A stretch of 61,843 bases of DNA, the filler included. It is 6 parts of 6 records of this genome, joined end to end, with 100 filler letters (N's around TTAATTAATTAA, not from the genome) between each part and the next. Parts side by side here need not be neighbours in the genome. Positions count along the whole stretch, not along the records: positions 51,203 to 61,843 come from DRR378314_1884; 5 more parts are not named here. One strand, written 5' to 3'. The position numbers were made by a program, and so were the translations under genes. The notes under the pieces are model-generated. The model was not told where the DNA came from and made no database searches. It saw only the letters and a program-made list of their open reading frames with translations. Of this stretch, positions 51,302 to 61,843 are shown in pieces. The stretch's first letter is position 1, and each line of letters opens with the position of its first letter.

Positions 51302-54300
51302 GTAATCAAGCGCGCGTCGTACGATGACAAGGCGGATATATGGTCGCTTGGAATTACTGCGATCGAAATGGCGATGGGCAAGGTGCGCATTGCGACCCAC
51401 TTGGCGCGAAGCTCGGTTGTGAACCACATTGATGTTACAACGTCATGTACTTGCTTGCGCTTAGATGCGCCATTTGATTAGATACGAGAAAACACGCTTT
51501 TTGTACATCGTAGCTATGCGAAGGAATCGGCACCGTTCTTTCCTCCTATCGCCGGTGTTCTGGTACCGATGTGCCTTTCCGAGTTTTTTTTTCCTGTGGC
51601 ATTCCAGCACGCTTTCACGTTCCTAAGCCTGTTCATTTGCCTGCGATGTCGCCGAAATCACTTCGTTTTTTAGCCGCCATATCATGATGTGCACGAGTTT
51701 CGCGTGCTATTTCTGATTCCCAAGAATCCGCCGCCTCGTCTTGACGATCGGTTCTCCAAGGTGCGTTTCCTCTGGGAGTCCCAACGAGTACGAGCGAGTC
51801 TCTACAACCGCGCCAGCTATCTCGACCCACGCGTGTTGTGGGCGATCCTTTGATCGTATTACATAGTCCGTAGCGTATTGCTTGGATGGTTTGAGTGGTC
51901 ATATACTTGTCATGTAGACGCGCGCCAGTAGGTGTCGCTGTGCTGCGTCCACAGGAGACCAGGGCACTTTCGAGTTGGCACCGGCCGTCTCCCTTTCTTC
52001 TGCGTCCGCTCGCTCAGCGTCTCTCACTTTTTCTCTCGGGCACGCGCACAGGAAAGGACACTTGCACACTCACGTGCAATTTCATGTCTCTTGCTTTCGA
52101 TGCCTATCTGGTCCTTGGAAATGCAGCCCTTCCGCGATTTTGCTGCACAGTGTCTCCAGAAGGAGCCCGAAGCGCGTCCAAGTGCAAAGGTATGAGCGGC
52201 GCGGGAGAACGCGCACAGTGTCTCTCGACGCGCGCGGTGCCTGTGCTACGAAGCGATGCGTTCCATCAAGCGCTTATCGAAACCACTGCCGTCGGAATCG
52301 TACTGCGACTGCGTTGCTGTATGCTTATTATGCAGGACCTATTGCGACACAAGTTTATTCGCGGAGCAAAGAAAACCTCGGTCCTCCGCGACCTCTTGGT
52401 CAAGCACCAGAAGTACATGAGCGCGCTGCGCGAGAACGGCGAAGCCGAGTCGGATACCTTTGAAGAGGAAGGGAACACAGACTCATCGCGCCGGTGCGTC
52501 ACTTACGTTTCCAAATCCGCTGCCACGACGTGCACTTTTCGCTCTTTTTCGTGCGTTGGTGCACTTTTGTGAATGAGGGAGCTGGAGTGGGACGGTTCGC
52601 GGCACCGTTTGCTGTATTCGAGTTTGCGCGCCGTCTGTGTCTGCAGTTGAAACAGTGGCCTGACGCGCAGTGGCGCAATCGACTGCTATGATTACTGAAC
52701 AACAGAGGTGGCGGTGCTGACTCGTGGGACTTTGGAAACATCGAACCGAGCGAAGGGCGCACGCGCGAGCCAGAGCCGGCAGTAGGGTACGATGCGCACA
52801 GCGCTCGCGTTGCCCATGAGCGCCGGCCGCCGCGGAGCGCGGAGCGTGCGCTGCCGCGTGCTCTCGCTCTCGCCACAGGGCACGGTCGCCTGTAGCACCA
52901 CGAGGGAACGAAGGCCGACTGTATGCCACCTCGCAGCGAGGCGTTCATATACCTTTGCTCTCCACGCCTATGCATTTGGTTGATGGGCTTTCAATGCTGC
53001 ACACACCGGGCTGGTTTCCATTCCCTTTCGAATCAAACATGCGCGCGGCGGCGTGAGCTCTGTGGGTGCCCTTCGCAGCGCGCACGTTTGCTGCATGTGC
53101 TGCTCGCCGCCGATCGAAAGGAAAAAGAACACTGTTTCGTTGCCACCCGGGACGAAGGAAGCGTACAGGGACGCGGGGGCGGGTCTCTAATGCGTTTCGT
53201 GTGTTTGCTGTGGCCCTTGACGCGCTTGCGTGCTCGTACACGGCAGGGACGCGTCGGACACGGTGCCGGAGGGAGCAGGCTCGTCGACTACCGAGGTGAG
53301 AGGCGCCGTAGCGTGCGCAAGATGCGGCGCCGTGCGCTTCCCGCACGAAGTACTCACCGGCACACGGCAGCGTTTCCTCGTGAGTGGCGTACCCTATTCG
53401 CACGAATGCACGTGGGAGTTGTATATGACTAGAAAATCGTGGTATCTCTGTCGCGCTATGCGCACGGCATTATGGGAAGGAGGGCAGCGCGCAGCGTGCG
53501 ATTTCGTTGGGTTTCGTACTCTCGGCGCGCTTCTGGTGTTTGTGTGCTGTTGCGCCTATGCGTGCGCATGGAAGCGCCAGAGACCTGTCACATACTTACC
53601 CGCCACAGGCTCGCGGTGACGGAAGACCGTGCTTGTGCGAAATTTTGTAGCATCGTCATGTCTGTTGGTGTTCGATGACAGTGACGTATGTGCTGTGCTA
53701 CCGCAGCGCAGCGATGTGAGGTGCCGTCTACGAGGCAGCGCAAGAGAATTCCCGGTTGGTCGCCGTTGCGTTGTGCTTGGACCCTTCACTCTTCGATGGG
53801 CTCATTGTGCTCGGTGCGCTTCCACGCACTCGCGACTGAATTGTCCAGACGAATGCAGGTGGAAATGGTGAGGATACATCAAGTCGTCGCGTATCTACGT
53901 CGTACTATTTCGCCCCGGTGCCCCTTCTGCAGACTGTTGTCCAGCCCGTTGTCACTCGGCTCACCGAGGAGGAGGACGATGAGGAGATTCGGTATGCCTC
54001 CCACGCACGCGCGTATGCCGGGTGTGGCGGATTGCACGCGAGTCGATTCTTCGCAAGCAGCAACGCAGAATGCGCCGTAATGACGCGCTTGCTGTAAGCG
54101 AGAGTCAGTGTGCTTTTTTAGCCGCTCTGCGTTTTCGCTGGATAGTGCGCATTCTCTGGCGTTGACGAGCACAATGGAACGTACAAGGCAGTCAGCGCGC
54201 TCCAAAGGGTCCCTTGTCTTCGTATTCCATTGTTAGGTCGGTTTTTCTTAAATAGAAACACTCGTGCGTGTATCCCGGTGCATCTGTACATCCTCTGCTC

Positions 54301-54979
54301 TTCAGCGAAGCCATACAATCTTTACAGCAAGCGTGGATGAACGTCGAATCTATGAAGATCGGCTTTACGCAACAGCTTGTGCGCGAAGTTGTTCAGTCGA
54401 TCGCGAGGTGCGGCCGGTGATGCGCTGGCGTTGATCGAAGGAAGCCCGTAGGGACGGCCTGCCCTGCGCGAGCGACATCGCTCTGTGCGAATGCTTGGTT
54501 AGCGTATTGTTCACATGCTTTTGTGACGATATTGCAGCGTATGTGGTACCTTGGCGAGCTGGATATGCCCTGCCTGTGTTGGCGCGTTCTCAGAAGTGCG
54601 TGCCCCCAAGGGGGCGGGAGGCAGCATGCTCTTTTTTTTTTTTCTACGGGTGAGCGCCGCATTGTCGTCTCCCCTTTTTGCGAGAAACTGCAATGGGCCT
54701 TCCTTTGCTTTCCGTGTCATCTCTTATGTGTGAGTTTTATTTGTATGGAATGTTGCGCTCCGCAGGAGCCGCAACCCGATTGTCCGGTCCGTGCTCCCGC
54801 CCATGATGATGGATGACACTGTGGGCTCCGAGGGCTCGCCTTGGGCGCGATCGCCCGCGCTCGACAGCCTGTCGCTAGACGACTCTCCTCCTGGGCAAGA
54901 GTTTGACGAAGCGGGCAACGACAAGGCTGCCATGACAGGCTTTCTGATGCGGCGCTGGAAGAACAAGCGAAAGGCGTGA
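51302..54979 (+). CDS. STE20-family (MST3/STK24-like) Ser/Thr kinase, 3' exons
   Basis: Exons [27 protein letters not shown] (51302-51382), [35 protein letters not shown]. Putative last exon ends [12 protein letters not shown]. Confidence 0.8.
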
Positions 54980-55453
54980 ATTCTTCCGCGTTTTTTTTCT
55001 CTGACTCTGAGGCTGCGGAGACGCCCCGTGGTGCGCACCCGACAAAGGCTGCGTTTGCCCGAATGGACTTTCGCTGTTGCCCACACTTGCTCTTATAGGC
55101 GCGCTTTGTTTCCTTTAGATACAATACGACATGTGCTTCTATGTTTTGGCTGGGAATGGCGAGATGGGGGACTGGAATCCCGCATCTATACCCACGGCAA
55201 TGCCATGTCGCGCTGTTTATTGGTGGCATGTCCAAGTAGCATTGCCGGAACCGACCCAAACGCGCACGCGCACATACATACGGCGGCTGGCGAGGCGCGA
55301 GATGCCTCACTTGTGCAAATACAGCCACAGACCGCCACTCATATCACCAGATCTGTTTTCTGGATTCTACAACATTGTGTACATTGACACAAAGAGCGAA
55401 GGACAAGGACGCCCTGCTGGTAGCACATGACAGCACGGTGCGGAGCTGCTGGC

Positions 55454-56107
55454 CTAGGGAAACATGCTCTTTTGGTGGTTGTACAGTTGGCTCAGGGTGG
55501 CTTGCCGCTGCACAATGCCGACGCTCTTCTTTCCCTGGGCAATATGAAAAACCAGTAAAAACAGAATGCAGTTGTGAGAAGCACAATGGCATAGGCAGAG
55601 GAAATTGAGGAAACGCGTTCGGAGCTGAAGAATGCAGCAGTCCGACGAAGGCGCACTGGAACTCGCGTCGCGCTTACCTCTTCGAGTAGCGCCCGCTGCT
55701 TGTCCGGGTCGGTCTCGCCAATACTCTTGCGGAATTCCTCTCGCACACGTCGCAGAATGTAGTTCTGGGATACATACAAAACGTATTGGAAAGGAATGAT
55801 ACAATAACGAACATAAGGCACATAGACGCACATGCAGGGCCCGTTGAAGTGGTACGAGATCGAGGACAGCACGGTCCAGCGCAAGCGCGGCAGAAACGCA
55901 GCGCAGCATACTCGCGAGCCACGGAGAGGCGCAGCGATAACGAGCTCGCGGGCGCGCCGGCACATCAGGGGCTCTCCGGGCCACGGGCACAGCCGCGATC
56001 TCGCTCGGCAGGACGCCCGAAACAAAAAATAATAACCACAATACCGCGCAGCGATACCGCATAAGCGCCACGCGAAAGATGCTTCGGCCATCGAAGCGCG
56101 TTCGCAT
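55454..56107 (-). CDS. LYR-motif protein, LYRM4/ISD11-like, spliced
   Basis: Exon fragments IFRVALMR, NYILRRVREEFRKSIGETDP, GKKSVGIVQRQATLSQLY. Confidence 0.75.
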   Translation of the reverse strand: MRTRFDGRSIFRVALMRYRCAVLWLLFFVSGVLPSEIAAVPVARRAPDVPARPRARYRCASPWLASMLRCVSAALALDRAVLDLVPLQRALHVRLCALCSLLYHSFPIRFVCIPELHSATCARGIPQEYWRDRPGQAAGATRRGKRDASSSAPSSDCCILQLRTRFLNFLCLCHCASHNCILFLLVFHIAQGKKSVGIVQRQATLSQLYNHQKSMFP

Positions 56108-57737
56108 GGCAATCGTGCGCGATAGGCGCCGAGTCACAAGTGCACTTCGGCTCCCCGTATGGGAAGTCTTCGCAGTTTACGGCGAGCGCACAACCTTGCC
56201 TTGGTGCGGCACTGTTAGCGATTGCAGCATTTCGTTCACGTGCGCGCCGTACAAAATTATCGATACACAAATGTGCTATTCACATATGTTCGGATCGCAA
56301 ATTGGCAAAAACACGCTGCAGACTAATGCGGCGGCATTGGACGCTGCCCGAGCACCGCAAGGCACTGCCAGGTGAAACGCGCACTGCAACGCGAACACTT
56401 CAGTGTCGACAGTGTTCGCAGCGACAAGGGCGACGGGGCGAGTTTGCCGCGCAGAGAAGAAAATTGCAAGGCAGAATTGTCAGCTATACGCATAACGCAC
56501 CCGAAAGTTGTAGTCGTTGAAAGACTTCCCCGCTCGGAGGAGCTGGCGATACAGAACACGTCCCTCAGACATGGCGACGCAAGCTTCACGCCCGTCGTAC
56601 GTTTTCGGACGCGGCGTCAGGCAAGGGAGTCAACCGCGCGCGCTGCTGGTTTCACTGGAGACAGTCAAAGCCCTATCTACCCAACCGATTCGACCCGAGT
56701 TGGCGCACGGCTGGCCTCTGGATTTGCGGGAGAGTACAAACAACAACAACAACATGCGTTAGCGTGACACAACGATTTTCTTCTGCAAGATGCTGCATAG
56801 GAGCGAATCTCGGCTGCGGAGTCGCGCAACTGAGGAGATAGCGGGAGAGTGCGTAGGTAGTACTGCGGCGATCTCGCCCAGGGGCGCGGTGCTCCGCACT
56901 CGCAAGTGCGTATTTTCCGATCCACCCTCTTTGGAGCCCGCTGTGTGTGCGGGAAGACGCGCGTCGCCATAGGCAAGCTGCGCCAGTGCCGGCCAGGTGT
57001 GGGAACTTCGCTTCGCTCGACTTCGTATGCTGGCGCGAGGTGCAGTCTTTTGACGGATCGCACGATTCCTCTGGACAACGCACGCTGATAACACTGCATA
57101 TTATGGGGCTCAAGCGGAAGCGCAGTGGTACGCTGTCGTTGCTCTGCTTTCCGGGGACGCGGCACTCACTCGCGTGCTCGTGCGCGCTGCAGCTCGTCGC
57201 GCCAAGGCTCGCAAGCACAACTGGGGTGCCGTGGGCTTGCCAGCCTATGGCACATACCCGTAACGTCATACGCTGACATTTCCAAATAACGCTGTACGTT
57301 TGCAGATGAAAGCGATCTGGCGAACTTGTCAGCGTTCGCTTTGCAAAAGCTTCGCGCGCCGTCCAGTGCAGCACAAGGTTCGTGCGCAACAGTTTTTCCG
57401 ATTCTGTGTATACCACGCACAGGCGAGCACTTTGGCCTGCGAATCAGTGCGCACTGCGCGCTTTGGCTGTGTCCTCTTCGTCTGCTTCCTCTTTTTTGCT
57501 TATTGGACCAAAACTCGCCCATCCTCGAATCATTCGTTGTGATCGCATTCTCCAGACGAGGCGTCGGCCATCGGGCAAAGCGGTGCAGCGAGCTCCGATC
57601 GCGAGTCGCCAGCGTCGAAGCGCAAGGCAAAGAAGAGGAAGCCAAAGGTGCGCCGTTATTCGTGCATCGATCAGATTGTGCGAAGGGGCGGTGCGGATTC
57701 GGCACGGGTGCGTGTATTATTGCACGTAGCTGCAAGT

Positions 57738-60700
57738 ATGCTGAAAAGAATATGCACTTCGTTTCCGCTGCGTCGGCGCCGTGTGGACCTTGTACAGGTT
57801 GCCAGGGCGAAACCCGCGGAGAACGCTGAAAGCGAGCTCGCGACGCCGCGCAAGGAAAGCAGCGCCGTGTCCGACGCGAGTGACAAACCACTACCCACTT
57901 CTCTTCCTGGCTCCCCCTGCACGTCGGGGTCAACTTCACCGCATTCAGGACAGCACGATGCATCTACAGATGAGCAGGTGCACTCATGTGTCGTTCCCAT
58001 CATAGGAAAGAACGCAATGTACATCCCCGAGGCGGACGCGCGTCGCATAGGTGGGTTGCTGGCTTCGCCTGCGACGTTGAAGGAGAACCGGATGCAGCCC
58101 GCCAAAGCTGACAAGACGGCGCCTCTTGAATGTCTGCAATATTTTCCAAATATTTTCCGATGCACTACGTATTGTGTACATACCTGTTATGTGCGACGAC
58201 ATGACGTGTGTTCAATACTAAAGCGAATGATCCATCGGATATTTTTTCCCTTTGTTGCTGACTGTTTCGTACCTTGGTTCTGGTAGGGATGCCAGCCCCC
58301 CCGCCCGCATTCTATCGCCACGCGGAGCGCTTCGTCTCTTGCGAGCCTCACCCTGTGCTTTTTTTGCGGACTTCCCATGTTTTGTTCCATAGGTTGTTCA
58401 AGTGCAGTGGCGTTTCTCGTTCCCGTTGGCGAGAATCTGCACGTCCTCGGCGCGGCGCGCGTAGCTGTGGCGCATGGTGCGGCGCAAGTGTTGGGAGCGT
58501 CCATCGCTCCGCACGACGGCTTCGTCAATGCTTGTGGGTACGGCGGTCCAGGACCTATTCTTTACTGCGACTCTCGCGGTTGGTGCAGAGATGTGCATCA
58601 TGCATGTTTCATTGAAACAAGTGGCGTTAGTAATCGTGATAGCTCTCCTACATGCGGTGTGTGAATGCCGACTATGGTACTGCGCGCGACTGCCGTTCCC
58701 GAGGCTGCTGTAGTAGGTGGCGCGCCCGTGTGCTCACATCCCTTTTATGCGGTGCTCTGGCAACAGTGCACAGTGTTTCCTCGCGAGTCACCATCCAATG
58801 GAATCGTTCTATACTATTTCCATAATATTGCAATCCATGCGAGGGTGCACGTGTTTACGATGTTTTTTTTCCTGCATCGGGTTTTCTTATCTGTATGAGC
58901 ATCTCGGGACTGCGGCGGTGCCAGACCGAATTCTAATTTGTTCTTGCGCACGTGGTTCCCCTTCCGTTTTTAATTGCATCTTACCTTGGTACTCTTCCTG
59001 ATTATTTCGATGCGGGTGTCTAAATGTATACTGGGAGTAGGCCGGAAATTCCACGGCAGGGAGGATTTACTGTATCTGCTTCGCGAGTGGGAGCGCTGTC
59101 CAAGCCTTTGTCGCCGCGCCCTGGCGACGCCGGCGTCCTTCAGGCGGCAGCAGCGGCATGGGCAGCGGAGAGGCTGGCGGAGTTCGATGAGCACTGTGCC
59201 ATAATTATTGTTGGTGACTCTATGGAGGAACGGGCTGCTCGTGTGCGCGTAGTTTCCTCGCGGTACTGTAAAACGACTGAACAAGTCTCCGCACATCTTG
59301 AGCAAGGTACGCGCGCACTTGCACTGTTCGTATTATTTCGAGCAGCGCAGCGCTACTCTGGTGACTCGTGGAAGACCTCGCACTGAATCTCGTAGTCTTG
59401 CCTGCGCTGAGCATTCTGCTCGAAAGCTTTCTGTGACGTATTGAGTTCACTCTGCTGGCTTTTCTTATATTTCCACTGTCATATTCTTACGTGCACACGT
59501 TTCAGCCTGCGAGGAAAAGGCGGTAGTCCGGATCGGGCGCCGCGTGTTCGTCGGCCGCTTCCCCACGGGAATCTTTGTCGTGCATCCTCCACACGACTGG
59601 TACCGTGCCGTGTCGCGCGCCACTCGCTACCAGAAATCGCACTTTCCTGCATCTTGTCGAGCAATTTTGTGTGCTGGGAAACGCAATGTGGGCAAATCAA
59701 CTCTTGCGAAGTTTGCTGTCAACCGGCTCCAAGGCGAGTATGGTCGTGTGGTCTACGTCGACACGGATTGCGGCCAGCCGGAGCTGCATTTCCCTGGACT
59801 GGTATGTTGTCGCTTCGTCTTTGCCCATTTTGCTGCACGACAATGAATATGTAGAGGCCATGTTTGCATCGATGCCTATGCAGCGGTAGGAGTAGTTACT
59901 TTCGTAGAAGTGGTTCTGCGGAGTGCATGCGTGGGATCGGCAGATATCACAGGCCGGTAAGGTGACGTAGTGGGCTGTCGGCCCTCCTGCGAGTCTGCGC
60001 TGGTTACGCTGCACTCTTGCGCGTCCGCCCTAGGCTTCTCGACCTCGAAGCGACGGGCGAGGTCATAGAGAGTCCGTATTCCGATACAGGTGGTACGACT
60101 TTGTGCAAATGGTTTTCCATGAGAATGAATATTGTCGGGTTTCGTACATTAATGCGCCTGCATGGAACGGGACACTTGCCTTTGTCTCGCTATGCAGGTT
60201 GGAGCGCACGTCGTGCATGGCGCCCTCCTCGCGCCTGCAGTGTCGCACTCCGCGGAGCTGCCAACAGCGCCCCTGTGTGTCGCAGTTTTCGGCCACACGT
60301 CGCCAGAAAGCGATCTTGAGAGATACCTCGCGCTCTGTTCGGGCATTATCTCGACAGCGGTGGAGTATGCCACGCAAAACGTACGTGATAGCCCTGTATT
60401 TCTCTTTTGTGTGATTATTTGTGCGATTTTGTCGAGTGCGGATGTCGCCGTCGTGGCTCGGAACTGTTCTACAATTCTGATTATGAAGTTGCCATTCGCG
60501 CGAACTGTCCAGTGCTTTTGCGTTCGTGGCTTCTAATCTGTAACCTGGCGTCCAACCTTTTTGTAATTTCATATTCATGTTTTTTTTTCTGCCTAAAGCA
60601 CGTCCATGTATAGCTGCCATCGGTTGCTCGACTTGCTTGCTTTGCTGTGAGACGCTGCGCGGAATTCTACGGGTGGTGCGGCACTGGTCGTCGCTGCAGC

Positions 60701-61843
60701 CCATGTCCGATTTCGAGCCTCTCTACCGCAGCGTCACGCGCTGAACGTATGACATCTGTTGCATCTATGTAATGCTCTGTAATCTTGTAGAATCTTCCCA
60801 TTGTGGTGAATACGTGTGGATGGGTAACTGGCGCTGGATTCGGCATGCTTAAAGCTCTCGTCCGGACTGTGGCCGAGCTGACACCTACCAGTTTGGTAGC
60901 AATCGAGACTGATGCTCCCACTACCGGCGACGATTGTGATCTCACGGGAACCACTGACGGACGCGGCGCCTCTTTAGGATCTCGCGTGTTGCATGCATTG
61001 TCAAGACTGGGTAATATACCGACAGGGCTTGTAGCGACGCGCGTGCGTGCTGGAACCGACCTGCCGTCGCTGGGGCACGCATCATCCGCGGCGCGCCTAC
61101 AGCGCGCTGCTGCTTTCCATGCGGGCTTGGTTGGAGGCAACGGTCTCATGGGATGTGCGTGCGCCAGGACAGATAGCGTGCTGCTTTGTTCCGGCTCAGC
61201 AGCTGTACCAAGCGTCTCTAGTGCGGCGCGCATATTCAACGGGGCGCTTGTTTATGCTGGAAGATCAGCGATGGCGCAAAGGTGCGGCGGCGGCTGGCAA
61301 GTTTCCAGTGTCTATAGGCGAACATGGTAGAAGAGTGGGCTAGCAAGTGCGAATTTACACCAGAGAATCCTGCCTCCATGATAATGACTGTGATTAATGG
61401 GCACTTGTATTCTTGTTCATCCTACTGGCCAAACCTCTCGCGTTGTACTGTACCGCTTCTTGTGCTCACGGCTGCGGTCTTGCAGAGATGGGTGCAGTTT
61501 CGCCGGCCCTGCGTGCTGGGTGTTGTGGAGAAATCCAACAGTATTTCCGCCTCCACGTCGCGGGAACGCCTTTTCCTGCATTTACTGTTTTTATGCTACT
61601 CGTGTAGATTATAACTCTGCGACTTGCATGTTTCCCTTTGCGCGGCCGGTTTTGTAGGGCATTGCAAGGCGCAGGTGGGATGCGATACTGCCAAGGAATT
61701 CCTCCCGATTTTCAGCCACAGGGTGTGGCTTTGGTACATTCAATCGACACCTCATCGTCCTGTATCACCTTGCGCACGGGTAACTCAGATACAGAACTGA
61801 GTGAGGTATGCTCGATGATCAGTTCATGAGTAGCAGCTCTTGC
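57738..61843 (+). CDS. NOL9: Polynucleotide 5'-kinase NOL9/Grc3 (Clp1 family), multi-exon; boundaries approximate
   Basis: P-loop GKRNVGKST, DTDCGQPE, FGHTSPESD, VVNTCGWVTGAG, GVALVHSID between about 59660 and 61790. Confidence 0.78.

Noticed and set aside
44901-61843. Many 60-200-aa ORFs in the eukaryotic contigs as novel genes
   Set aside because: Most are Arg/Cys/Ala-rich translations of introns or wrong frames with no recognisable motifs. Only exons matching known families were kept.

Overview
The window is not one locus. It is six unrelated contigs joined by artificial 100-nt linkers (N-run + TTAATTAATTAA + N-run) at 24899-24998, 30416-30515, 37814-37913, 44801-44900 and 51103-51202. 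(1) 1-24898 is an AT-rich Flavobacteriaceae-like contig. It has an integron-like locus at the left end (tyrosine recombinase, attI-like site, two gene cassettes with attC-like sites), then rlmF, transport and carbohydrate genes, and mosaic intergenic repeats. (2) 24999-30415, (5) 44901-51102 and (6) 51203-61843 are intron-rich eukaryotic DNA, probably a flagellated protist: WD40/CFAP52-like, CEP41, TMA7, UPF2, a STE20 kinase, LYRM4/ISD11 and NOL9/Grc3. (3) 30516-37813 and (4) 37914-44800 are a GC-rich gammaproteobacterium (Alcanivorax-like by inference) with acnD-prpF-prpD, ppsR/ppsA and eno-ftsB-ispD-ispF-truD-pcm-DUF368-nlpD-fieF. The best candidate for a new system is at 1-3118. It is a non-canonical integron whose integrase appears to lack the IntI-specific I2 insertion but has an extra N-terminal domain. 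Its first 714-nt cassette carries an internal inverted copy of its own circle junction, which predicts a large branched ssDNA fold that forms fully only after excision and competes with the attC fold. All calls were made by eye from motifs; no searches were run.
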